A stretch of DNA of 64,000 bases from Octopus vulgaris (Eukaryota): positions 192,820,001-192,884,000 of the forward strand of contig OX597814.1 in the NCBI GenBank assembly GCA_951406725.2, in the 5' to 3' direction. Of the stretch, positions 25,463-37,319 are shown piece by piece. Numbering within the stretch: position 1 is the first letter of the stretch; each line of letters begins with the position of its first letter. The translations under genes and the position numbers were made by a program. Below the pieces are notes generated by a model. It searched no databases and had not been told where the DNA came from. It saw nothing but the letters and a program-made list of their open reading frames with translations.

Positions 25463-25475
25463 GTTTGGATTAACT
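25300..25475 (+). mobile_element. PLE pLTR fragment of the 11772 family with the HHR deleted
   Basis: Aligns with the reverse complement of 11772-11948, except that the ~35-40 nt HHR after TTCCTATGTTTC is missing. Confidence 0.7.
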
Positions 25476-25483
25476 ATATATAT

Positions 25484-25674
25484 AGATCGTTAGCCACTAC
25501 ACACATTTTCTCTCTCCTTTTTTTCTCTCCTTGTTTTTTCTGTGTTCCTTTCTGTAGAAGAGCGTAGGCTCGAAACGTAAAAGACTTTTTCTATTCCTGA
25601 GCATTATACTAATACATCTGCTTGTTTTGTACACCACCTGTGTTCGTCTTTTGTTTTTTTCCTAAACTCTCCCT
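25484..25674 (+). mobile_element. PLE pLTR fragment (family ending AAACTCTCCC-(TA)n) with HHR at 25548-25583
   Basis: CTTT CTGTAGA A GAGC-GTAG-GCTC GAAA CG TA AAAG; microsatellite flanks; homologues at 25902-26088, 27568-27655 and 42321-42430. Confidence 0.7.
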
Positions 25675-25901
25675 ATGTATGTATGTATGTATGTATGTAT
25701 GTATGTATGTATGTATGTATGTATGTATACACAGGCGTGGCTGTCTGGTAAGAAACTTACTTCCCAACCGCGTGGTTCCGGGTTCAGTCCCACCGTGTGG
25801 AACCTTGGGCAAGTGTCTTCTACTATAGCTTCGGGCCGACCAAAGACTTGTGAATAGATTTAGTTGACAGTAACTGAAAGAAGCCCGTCATATATATATA
25901 T

Positions 25902-26088
25902 AGTGAGAATTCACCAAAAAATAAAAAAAACAAAAGATGAAGACAGGGTAGACAACAAACAGATGTATCAATATAACACTCGGGAAGTGAAAGTCTTTAA
26001 CGTTTCGAGCCTACGCTCTTCCACAGAAAGGAACACAGAAAGAAACAAGGAGAGAAGATAAAGAATGTGTAGTGGCTAACGATCTATC
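25902..26088 (-). mobile_element. PLE pLTR fragment with HHR at 25995-26030, nested in a SINE microsatellite
   Basis: Minus strand CTTT CTGTGGA A GAGC-GTAG-GCTC GAAA CG TT AAAG; same 5' start (AGATCGTTAGCCACTACAC) as the 25484 copy. Confidence 0.7.
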
Positions 26089-26119
<31 letters not shown>

Positions 26120-26461
26120 TGTATGTATGTATGTATGTATGTATGTATGCATGCATGCATGTATGTATGTATGTATGTATGTATGTATGCATGTATGTAT
26201 GCATGTATGTATGCATGTATTTGTCTACGTGTGTCTGTGTCTGTTTGTCCTCCAATCACCGTTTGACAACCGGTGTTGGTGTGTTTACGCCCTCGTAACT
26301 TAGCGGTTCGGCATAAGGACCCGATAGGATAAGTACTAGGCCAAAGAAATAAGCTATGGGGTCGATTTGTTCGACTAAAACCCCCTCAAGGCGGTTCTCC
26401 TGCATGACCGCAGTCAAATGACTGAAACAAGTTAAAGAATAAAAGACTATATATATATATA

Positions 26462-26727
26462 GTGCCAAACTTTTTCTCAAACCCGCTATAATGTGATACA
26501 TGTCCTTAGTGTGGTAATTGTACGCGGCTGAAGAAGGCTTTTGACCTACCTGTTATATCAATTATGCATTGATATAAGTTGTTCAATAAAGCCCGAAACA
26601 TATGTACCGCAGAATCATTTGCGTCCTGTTTTTCTTTTGATACATATATCCTATCACCTATACCACTAGCTGGCATATACAGGTGCTTACAGTTATCAAG
26701 TATTCACCCTGAATTTTTTGTACCTAA

Positions 26728-26730
<3 letters not shown>
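26462..26730 (+). mobile_element. (TA)n-embedded PLE pLTR fragment carrying an HHR
   Basis: ~270 bp non-SINE segment bounded by (TA)n on both sides; contains the HHR at 26524-26610. Confidence 0.65.
26524..26610 (+). ncRNA. Type I hammerhead ribozyme with extended stem II
   Basis: GCGG CTGAAGA A GGCTTT...TTATATCAAT-tatgc-ATTGATATAA...AAAGCC C GAAA CATATG TA CCGC: canonical core, stem I GCGG/CCGC, palindromic stem III ACATATGT, GUA cleavage triplet. Confidence 0.8.
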
Positions 26731-26760
<30 letters not shown>

Positions 26761-27567
26761 TAAAGGTGGTGCCCCAGTCAAATGACTGAAACAAGTAAAA
26801 GAGTAAAAGAGTTTGTGCAAATGATTTTCTCTATGTTGATACAGATATTTTGAATATGTTGGTAAATCTGACATAAACTATATCTTATTTCAATGTATTT
26901 AACACATAAAAAAAGAAAAAAGAAAGCGTAAACTGCAAAAGCTATATTTAGTGTGGCAGGAACTAAAAGAAAAAGAACACAAAACTTCTTCCCACCCTTC
27001 ATTTCCAGTGCAGTTCAATAGTAAAAGCATTTGAAAGGGTTTTCTTTAGTAAAATCAGCAATGCATTTACATGGAACGGCTACTGCACTAATACATTAAA
27101 ATGTCAAAAGGTATAAATTTTATAAGAAATAAACACTTCATTTAAACAGAAAATTCCAAGCGGTTTGGTTTTATAGTAAATTCCTTTGATATTATGTGTA
27201 AATCTTTTCGTTCTAAATCGACGACTAGTTGTTTCTTGGTGGAAATGCGAGTCAGTGAAGTCAACCGATTTTTTGGACTGTTGTGCATCTTAAGAATGAA
27301 CGAATTCCGCCCAAAGTTGAGAAGGTTCATTCGTTTGCATCTGAAGTTGCAAGGATGATCAGCCAAAGTTGAATTAATTTGGCAACTTCAGACAGCAGCC
27401 AAGTTTTTATGAAGTGACTCTAAAATGCTATGGCTAAACTTGCACTTTGTGTGTATGTGTATATGTGTGTGTGTATATGTGTGTGGGTATACATAAATAC
27501 ATATATATACATATATATACAAATACTACATACATATATACATACATCTGTACCTATATATATATAT

Positions 27568-27655
27568 ATTCTATTCCTGAGTGTTATACTAATACATCTG
27601 TTTGTTTTGTACACCACCTGTCTTCGTCTTTTGTTTTTTTTTGTAAACTCTCCCT
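27568..27655 (+). mobile_element. Short 3' fragment of the same pLTR family
   Basis: TTCTATTCCTGAG...AAACTCTCCC between (TA)n tracts; matches 25589-25674. Confidence 0.65.
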
Positions 27656-27675
27656 ATATATATATATAAAGGTAC

Positions 27676-27715
<40 letters not shown>

Positions 27716-27719
<4 letters not shown>

Positions 27720-27867
27720 ATTTGTTGAAAATGCACATAAATTTCAAAAACTCATAAATGTTTAAAATACATTTATTCACATAAATACCATGGTTTTTAT
27801 GTAAATAAATGTATTTTAAACATTTATGAGTTTTGAAATTTAGGTGCATTTTCGACAACATATTTTC
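27716..27867. repeat. Loopless ~150 bp palindrome adjacent to (TA)n
   Basis: Arms ~75 bp with about 4 substitutions and 2 indels, centred on CCATGG at 27788-27793. Confidence 0.9.
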
Positions 27868-28061
27868 CTATATTTTTTACTGCATGGAAACACCATCCTC
27901 TCTTTTGTTATATATATATTACTTTTTTACTTGTTTCAGTCATTTGACTGTGGCCATGCTGGAGCACCGCCTTTAGTCGGAGCAAATCGACCCCAGGACT
28001 TATTCTTTCTAAGCCTAGTACTTATTCTGTCGGTCTCTTTTGCAGGACCGCTATATATATA

Positions 28062-28357
28062 TCTTTATATATAAAAGTGAAGTTGTGTGTCTGTCTCCTA
28101 CGATTTAGATTCCTAACTACTCCCACATTTTGCGGTGCAGTTTAACCAAAAGCGGGTATCTTATAGTCATGATTCATATCGAGCCCTTCTGGGTATTAGC
28201 GCGCGTCTACGATGAGTCTACAATTTAAAAAAAAAATTACCATCATTTTTTCCCATTTTTAATGCATTTTTTGCTATTATATAAGGGAAGTAACTCTCTA
28301 AAATGCTTATATAGTTATTTCCCTTACAAACCCGAGCAACGCCGGGCGATACTGCTA

Positions 28358-28358
<1 letters not shown>
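28062..28358 (+). mobile_element. Helitron, same family
   Basis: Near-identical to 12421-12720; TC...CTAG termini at an AT site. Confidence 0.9.
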
Positions 28359-28395
<37 letters not shown>

Positions 28396-28432
28396 GAAGG
28401 TTTGAAAATGCAATTTTAAAAGATGTTTATTC

Positions 28433-28474
28433 ACTTGACCGGTTTCACTTTTTTAGAAAAAGATTGTCAAAAGT
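28433..28474 (-). ncRNA. Degenerate minimal hammerhead in a (TA)n-embedded segment (~28391-28772)
   Basis: ACTT TTGACAA T-CTTTTT-CT-AAAAAAG-T GAAA CCGG TC AAGT; core is two changes from CTGACGA; palindromic ACCGGT stem III; GUC triplet. Confidence 0.55.
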
Positions 28475-28827
28475 AACATGTAAAAGCTTTGTTGTGTTAG
28501 GTACTGGTTGTCACAAAATATTACAATACATACATACATTCTTTGATAATAATAAGAACATGTTAAAAACAGTTTACAAGGAAAAATCTTGGGAAAATAT
28601 AGTAAAGTTCATTAAAATATTGGGCACAAAAAATTACAATACATATATACATTCTTTGATAAAGATAAGAAAATGTTAAAAACAGTTTACAGAAAAATTT
28701 TTTTCGAGAAATTATTAAGAAGTTCATAAAACCTATTAGGATTTCATTCGAAATCATGTTTGTTTGGAAGTATCTATATATATACACAGAAAATTATAAG
28801 TTCAAAAAGGTCATATTTTGGTAGTAC

Positions 28828-28830
<3 letters not shown>

Positions 28831-28860
<30 letters not shown>

Positions 28861-29048
28861 ATTTGGCTCAAAAGCAAAGAGCAAGGCCATGTAGGGGGAC
28901 ATGGAGTTAAGTACAGGGTGGTGTTCATGTAAAGAGTTCAGGCCACTTGAGGTCAAGGGAGGCTTTGAACAAAGCTGTCGTCGGCATCTTCACCATCTCG
29001 TCTGGCAGCTTGTTCCACGGATCCGCAACCCGGACGGAGAAAGCTCCG
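28831..29048 (-). pseudogene. CR1-like LINE 3' end with (TAAC)n tail
   Basis: AFSVRVADPWNKLPDEMV...FKASLD followed by a short UTR and TAAC repeats. Confidence 0.85.
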
Positions 29049-29201
29049 TATATATACACAGAAGGAGATATATTTAGTTTATAAGGAATTTGGGATGAAT
29101 TGATCTGTTTCACCATTTTATCGTAAAAGACTATTTTCTATTTCAAGGGACAGTTTAGGAGGTGTGTTTGGGTGGGGGGAAGGAAGAGCAATGTGGAATT
29201 G

Positions 29202-29240
<39 letters not shown>

Positions 29241-29963
29241 GCACACATACATACCTACATACATACACATGTTGACATACACACACATATATAAATTGTG
29301 TTTTTTGTTGTTTAACACCATGTTAGTTGTGATTCCACAGTTGCATTATCAAAGGAATTTCGACCAACAATGTTTCCAGAACTTCATTATTTAATGTGGC
29401 CTTCCTTTTTTGAAACGACATGATGTGTTTTCGTGAAGTTTTGGCTGCCATTTCTAGCATCTCGAGCGACGGCGTGTACAATCACGAACGCACGTGCGTG
29501 TGTACAATATTTGTGTGCACGTATATGCATGCATGTGGTGATATGCATCTCTATGGTTTGTCAACCCATAATCTGTAAGGGATTTTAGGCTTAGTGATGG
29601 AACAACACGAATCTTTCAAATATTAATCGTTTGTTCGGCCCTATCGCTCCCTTAGGAGAATAATGAGAAAATATTCATCGTTGAATTTCATATTAATTTC
29701 TAGATTAATTTACTAGAACTTGGAGGTGGATTTTAAAATTAATCTTCTCTCGGTATTGCACTGAATTATGCGTTCTGAATATCTCATTAAAAAACGAAAA
29801 CAAAAAAATTCGAAGAATTAAAGAAACAATGTTTGATTCAATTCGGTATCTAGGGTTTTAATTTAACGAATATGTTGGTAGAAACGATGTAAATTCTGTG
29901 CCCTTGCATCGGGTTACTCTGACCGTATTAAAAACAACAACAACAAAAAAAAACAGTATTAAC

Positions 29964-30128
29964 AGGCGCAGGAGTGGCTGTGTGGTAAGTAGCTTGCTTA
30001 CCAACCACATGGTTCCGGGTTCAGTCCCACTGCGTGGTATCTTAGGCAAGTGTCTTCTGCTATAGCCTCGGGCCGACCAATGCCTTGTGAGTGGATTTGG
30101 TAGACGGAAACTGAAAGAAGCTTGTCGG

Positions 30129-30166
<38 letters not shown>

Positions 30167-30379
30167 ATGTTTGTGTGTGTGTGTTTGTCCCCCTAGCATT
30201 GCTTGACAACCGATGCTGGTGTGTTTACGTCCCCGTAACTTAGCGGTTCGGCAAAAAGAGACCGATAGAATAAGTACTAGGCTTACAAAGAATAAGTGAT
30301 GGGGTCGAGTTGCTCGATTAAAGGCGGTGCTCCAGCATGGCCACAGTCAAATGACTGAAACAAGTAAAAGAGAAAGAGA
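29964..30379 (+). mobile_element. SINE family B (tRNA head + CORE-like block + internal TA/TG microsatellite + tail), full copy; others at ~11686, 12957, 25731, 34418, 36185-, 42189, 50190-, 52830-, 57942
   Basis: GTGGCTGTGTGGTAAG A-box, GGTTCAGTCCC B-box, CORE-like CCTTGGGCAAGTG in most copies, tail ending GACTGAAACAAGTAAAAGAG. Confidence 0.9.
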
Positions 30380-31160
30380 ACATTTGAGTCAGCATTGTAT
30401 GTTATAGCTACCAGAATCTATCAGAAATTGGTGGCAAAAGGCTTCGAGCTGGCAGAAACGTTAGCACGCCGGGCGAAATGCTTAGCGATATTTCGTCTGC
30501 CGTTACGTTCTGAGTTCAAATTCCGCCGAGGTCAACTTTGCCTTTCATCCTTTCGGGGTCGATATATTAAGTACCAGTTACGCAGTGGGGTCGATATAAT
30601 CGACTTAATCCGTTTGTCTGTCCTTGTTTGTCTTCTCTATATTCAGCCCCTTGTGGGCAATAAACAAATAAGAAATTGGTGGCACTTTTGTTCGACTTTC
30701 TAATAATCCTTTCTATTATAAGCACAAAGCTTGGAATTTTGCGGGAGGGGGTCAATCGATTGCATCAACCCCAGTACTTGACTGGTTCTTATTTCATCGA
30801 CCCCGAAAAGATAAAAAGCAAAGTCAACATCGTCGCGATTTGAACTAAGAACGTAAAGACGAACGAAATACTACTAAGCATTTTGTCCGGCGTGCTAACA
30901 ATTCTGTCAGCTCACTACCTTATTTCGACGCTATAATAATCCTTTCTTATATAGGTGTAAGACCTGGAATTTTGGAGGAGGGGGCCAATCGATTACATTG
31001 ACTCCGAAAGGTTCAAAGGTAAAATCAATCTCGTCGGAGTTTGAATTCAGAGTATAAAGACAAACGAAATATTACTAAGCATTTTGTCGGCGTGCTAACG
31101 ATTCTACCAGTTCGCCGCGTTACCCCCATCGCTCTAATAATCCTACCTATTCACTGTTTT

Positions 31161-31463
31161 GTGGAGGATCATAGCCTAGTGGTTAGAGCAGCGGATTCGC
31201 GGTCGAGGGATCACGAGTTCGAATCTCAGACCGGGCGATGTGTGTGTTTATGAGCGAAACACCTAAGCTCCACGTGTCTCCGGCAGAAGGTAATGGCGAA
31301 CTTCTGCTGACTCTTTCGCCACAACTTTCTCTCACTCTTTCCTCCTGCATCTTGCAGCTCGCCTGCAACGGACCGGCGCCCCGTCCAGGTGTGGAACCAA
31401 TACGCCAAGGAAACCGGGAAACCGGCCATAATGAGCCAGGCATGGCTTGAGAAGGAACAAACA
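31161..31463 (+). mobile_element. SINE C with V-domain-like tail (also 53488-53792 and 40022-40250)
   Basis: Head C followed by CCTGCRACGGACCGGCGYCCCGTCCAGG and an (AAAC)-type end. Confidence 0.8.
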
Positions 31464-31609
31464 ATTCACTACTTTGGACTGGAAATTATTTTCATCAACA
31501 ACAAAAGGATGAAAGGAAGTGATGATCTCGATAAGATTTGAACTCCGAGTATAAATGTATTCATACATGCATACAAACCTACATAAATGCATGCAAACGT
31601 GCATATATA

Positions 31610-32759
31610 CGAGGTACGTTCAAAAAGTATCCGACTTCATTTTTTTCTTGCCAAAACTAATGCTGCCTGGGAAAAATACTTTGGATAGGAGGTGATGCCA
31701 CCTTCGCTGTGGATGCGTGAAAACTTTCGCGCCGGTAGGCCGTATCAGTTCCCGGTTGTTACGCCTAGAGTACAGACGTGTAGCGCCCGCTTGTCGGTTT
31801 TTCGTTTTCACGCAAGATGACCGAACGCATCAAGCAGAGAACACAAGCCCATGTCTCATCACCAGTGATGATGGTCTTCATGAAGTCTGGATCGTGGTTT
31901 GCACAGTCCAGCATGTCCTGAGAGATTTTCAATGCTGAGTTGCTTCTGTTGCCCCGCCAGCACCTTGGGGACGAATTTTGCCGACACAAATCCTCATGCA
32001 CAAATCCTCCGTTAAAATGTAATGCACTGGTCCTGTGCTTAATTCCCACTTCGTGAGCAATTTCTTGGATTGTTAAACGACAATCTTCCATGGCTATTCA
32101 CCAAACCCTCTCAATCGGTTTCTCGTTTCGGCTTGTGGATAGCCTGCCTAGGCTTGCTTCGCTCTCCTCTGAAGGGCGATCATGTTTGAAGCGGCGAGCT
32201 GGCAGAAACGTTAGCATTCCGGGCGAAATGCTTTGCGGTATTTCGTCTACCGTTGCGTTCTGAGTTCAAATTCCGCCGAGGTCGACTTTGCCTTTCATCC
32301 TTTCGGGGTCGATAAATTAAATACCAGTTACGCACTGGGATCGATATAATCGACTTAATCCGTTTGTCTGTCCTTGTTTGTCCTCTCTGTGTTTAGCCCC
32401 TTGTGGGTAGTAAAAAAATAGGTTGTACCACTCCTTGGTCTGAGTTATGCCAATGGCATCATCGCCAAAAGCCTGCTTAAAATTCTGGATGGTTTAAGCT
32501 AGAGTATCACCAAGCTTTTGGCAAAACATGAAGCTATATCTCTGTTCGCTGTGTTCGGTAAAAACGAAAATCCGTCGAGCGGGCACTATACGTCTGTACT
32601 TTAGGTGTATAGGTCTGGAGCTGGCACGGCCCATGGGCGCAAAAATTTCCATGTATGGACAGGAAGGGAGGCGTCACCTTCCACTCAAAGTATTTTTCCC
32701 GTACGGCATTAATTTTGCCAGAAAAAAAATGAAGGCTGATACTTTTTAAACACACCCCG
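31610..32759 (-). mobile_element. Internally deleted mariner with ~200 bp inverted ends; SINE inserted at 32190-32422
   Basis: TA flanks; termini CGAGGTACGTTCAAAAAGTATC / GATACTTTTTAAACACACCCCG; remnant peptides RLTIQEIAHEVGI and DPDFMKTIITGDETW. Confidence 0.85.
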
Positions 32760-33834
32760 TACATACATACATACATACATACATACATACATACATACAT
32801 ACATACATACATACATACGTGTGTGTGTGATATACTAATCTGACATGTCTCTCCATGTTCTATGGAGAACGGGATGTAACTCGGCTAATCTAATCTTGCG
32901 TATATATATTGTAAATTATATCTGATGATAAACCTTACAAACTTTAGCTGTCGTCGCTGTGACATATCGTATAATACAGGTGGGAACTGGCAAAACTAAA
33001 TACATTTGGCCACAGGTATTAGATTACACAACACAGTAATAACTAAATTTCTTTTGCTAACAGGATATACTTCACTACACATTTCATAAGACATTCATGC
33101 ATACATAGATGTATACGCTCATAAATATATACGACATACCTACAATACATATATACATATATACGTACATACACAAAAATAATATGTACATACATACAAA
33201 CATACATGCCTGCATGCATACATACATACGTACATACATACATCCATACATATATACTATTTCTTTATTGCCCACAAGGAGCTAAACATAGAGAGGACAA
33301 ACAAGGACAGACAAAGAGGTTAAGTCTATTACATCAACCCCAGTGCGTAACTGGTACTTAATTTATCGACCCCGAAAGGATGAAAGGCAAAGTCGGCCTC
33401 GGCGGAATTTGAACTCAGAACGTAACGGCAGATGAAATACCGCTAAGCATTTCACCCGGTGTGCTAACGTTTCTGCCAGCTCGCCGCCTTCCACACCCAT
33501 ACACATATACATCTTTGATAAGGAGTTTGCAACTCCAGTACCCAAGATACACTTTCAGGTTTATGCTAATTATTATTACAGGGAAACAGGATACATACTC
33601 ACCCGTCTGGAGCAGAGTACGACTGAACTTGGAATCTTGGGGAGAGAATGCAAATCCGTTATTCATATGCTACAAATGATCATGATATCTGGGACTTTAA
33701 GAATCTGTAAGACCTTCTTAAGACTTAAAGGATGACGGTTAAATAATGATACTTTCCTTCACAACCTTGCTTCCAAGTCGATGGCCGGTCAAAATTTAGT
33801 CTAAATTAAAAAGGGAAAGAGAAGACATATGCAC

Positions 33835-33974
33835 ACATACATACATACATACATACATACATACATACATACATACATACATACATACATACATACATAC
33901 ATACATACATACATACACATATACATACATACATACATACATACATACATACATACATACATACATACATACAC

Positions 33975-34007
<33 letters not shown>

Positions 34008-34039
34008 CATACATACACTCACACACATATCTACCTACC

Positions 34040-34116
<77 letters not shown>
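33835..34116. repeat. (TACA)n/(CA)n microsatellite
   Basis: Direct inspection. Confidence 0.95.
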
Positions 34117-34119
<3 letters not shown>

Positions 34120-35811
34120 ATACAAACACACATTCGACAAAAAAAAAATCAACTAGTAATACGTACACTGCAAGTACAACCTGTAAGCAGGACAGCGAAA
34201 ATACGCAAAACTTTTCTGAAGTTCAGAAGGTGACGGAGCTTTGTATCTTCGACAGAAACCAACTCCTCTACAGGAAAATTTCACATAGTTAAAAATAGAA
34301 GAGAACTTGCATGTACACATGCTCACACATACTTACACACACACTAACAATAACTAAGAGGAGATAATGTTATGTATTTGAACAACAAAGACTAATAAAG
34401 ATATATTAATCAACAATCAGGAGTGGCTGTGTGGTAAGTAACTAGCTTATCAACTACATGGCTCCGGGTTCAGTCCCACTGCGTGGTTTCTTGGGCAAGT
34501 GTCTTCTACTATAGCCTTGGGCCGACTAAAGCCTTGTGAGTGGAATTAGTAGACGGAAACTGAAAGAAGCCCGTCGTATATATGTTTGTGTGTATATGTT
34601 TGCGTGTCTCTGTTTATCACCTCCCATCGCTCGACAATCGATGCTGGTGTGTTTACGTCCCCGTAACTTAGCGGCTCGGCAGCAAAAAGAGACCGATAGA
34701 ATAAGTACAAGGATTACAAAGAATAAGTCCTAGGCTTACAAAGAATAAGGCGGTGCTCCAGCATGGCCGCAGTCAAATGATTGAAACAAGTAAAAGAGTA
34801 AAAAAAGAGAGAGAGTATTTGTGGCGTCAAATAGACGTAGCCACAATAAATAGACGTAGCCATTAATAAAACACACGTTAATATTTCGGTGCTCCCCCTG
34901 TATACTGTCATGCAATTTAGAGTAGTGAGCAAGTATTAAATCTTCGGCAGTTCGTGTTGCTGAGACAGGTTTGATTCTTAGATGAACAACTTCATCTCGC
35001 TTCTAGAACTTGTGATTTTTGATAGTATTCAAAAACTCCATCACGCTGATTTTCCTTCAATGAAATCGAAGCCGTCGATGGTGATCGAACACATCTTGAA
35101 TGATTATACATTATGTGTCCATTTACATTCCATTTACTATTGGGATCTGTGCGTCCCTATGATTTTTATGGGTGGAATGTTCATGAAAGAATCGACTGTT
35201 AGGGTCGGGAAGGTAACAGACCGCATGGGATGAGATTTTGAACCATGACCCTTTAGCCGAAAAACCGGTTTTATTAATTCGAAAGACTGTGACTCATCGG
35301 GCGAGAGAGAAAGCTTCTACACAGTGATTCGAACTGCTAGAAATAGCAGCTAAATCGCACTCTACTATCTTAAGAAAAGACATCTAGGAAAATGTTGTTT
35401 TGAATACTGAACAAACAAGCAAAAAAGAACGAGATGAACAAACATCTTCCCTTTTGAAGGTGATTTATTATATTAATTATCATTTCTACAATCGACTTTA
35501 TTGATATTTGAATGACTAGAATTCAATTCCGAAAATACTTAAGAATTCTTTTTCCAATTTATTCTAATTTAAGTGTTTGTTTATAGGGCTGTCTAGCGTT
35601 AGTTTATAGGTGAAAGTAAAATGAAAGAAAAAGATTAAAAAAAGATAAAAACAGGAACGACGAAATGATTATTTTATATACGTAAAATACAAAACAAAAA
35701 CGTGCTAAAATGAAACCGTGCAAACTGAATACCGTGTAAATTGAGGGGCAGTTGTACTTATCGTCAGTAGTCTTCTTGTTTTCAGACAACCAAACTGTAT
35801 TTACCTTAAAG

Positions 35812-36030
35812 CAGTGCTTTTCAAACTTTTTGCTGGAGCGGAACCCCAAGGAAACATTCCACTCGCTCGAGGAACCCCTAAGCAATAATTTAATAGTCTT
35901 ATGCACACATAATCGCACAGGAGAATTAAAAATTACTGCCGATTTTAGCAGTTTGGTAACTTCTTGCGGAACCCCTGGACTGTACTGGCGGAACCCTAAG
36001 GTTCCACGGAACCCTGGTTGAAAACCACTG
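35812..36030. mobile_element. hAT-type MITE
   Basis: TIR CAGTGCTTTTCAA / TTGAAAACCACTG; 8-bp TSD CCTTAAAG; subterminal GGAACCC repeats. Confidence 0.9.
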
Positions 36031-36378
36031 CCTTAAAGGTATGTCAGTTTTGGAAATTCTTGGTTATTGAGATTATCTCCCCTTCCTCATTGCGAGTTGG
36101 TAACAAATGCCGTGAAGCGATTCATCTTACTCTTTCTGGAAGTGGAAATAATTTTCAGCAAATCTATCTTGTAGTCTTTTTTATTCTTTTACTTGTTTCA
36201 GTCATTTGACTGCGGCAATGCTGGAGCACCGCCTTTAGTCGTGCAAATCGACCCCAGGACTTATTTTTTGTAAGCCTAGTACTCATTCTATCAGTCTCTT
36301 TTGCCGAACCGCTAAGTTATAGGGACGTGAACACACCAACATCAGTTGTCAAGCGATGGTGGGAGGGGGGACAAACAT

Positions 36379-36464
<86 letters not shown>

Positions 36465-36985
36465 ATACGACGGGCTTCTTTCAGTTTCCGTCTACTAAAT
36501 CAGTAGGACTGAACCCGGAACCATGTGGTTGGTAAGCTAGCTACTTACCACACAGCCACACCTTCGCCTATGTTTCTCGTCAAAGATGTGCTCAAATTGC
36601 CAGAGATCAAGAGTAAATATTTCAGTCTTTTCAAAACACATTCAGTTGTACAAACAAAAACAAAAACAAAAATAAGGGTAACAGACAAACAGACAATAAG
36701 AATAACAACACCAAAAACACAAAAGCAAAACGAGTCCTTGATAATTGTTTGAAAGACAAACTGTTTGTAATACATTGTCAGTATGAAGTAGAACAGAACA
36801 ACATTTAAATTGATTTGTCTGTCTGACATGATGGCGAATAAATGTAGATTTTAACCTATTCAAATTTTCCACATAAATGAAGAATTAAAAGGTTAAATCA
36901 GAAAAATCCGATTCAACAATTTCTTCTTAAGACTGAAAACAATAAAATGTTGCTCTGTTGTGATATTTTCTATCTTTTTAAAAAA

Positions 36986-37081
<96 letters not shown>

Positions 37082-37253
37082 ACACACACAGATACACACA
37101 CACACACACACAAACAAGCACAAATAAAGGAAAGTGTGTATATACGTATACACATACGTACATATATATATAAGTATATCTATATGTATACACACACATA
37201 TATGAAAATTTGTTTATAATAGTACAAATATGAGTCTTTATATCTATGTGTGT

Positions 37254-37319
<66 letters not shown>

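Noticed and set aside
27340-27392. Hairpin TCTGAAGTTGC/GCAACTTCAGA as a pre-miRNA
   Set aside because: Only 11 bp paired with a 31-nt loop; too short for a miRNA precursor.
34850-35240. ORFs in non-repetitive sequence (also 21369-21805, 54054-54403, 63375-63681)
   Set aside because: Short, no recognisable domain, no clear splice signals.
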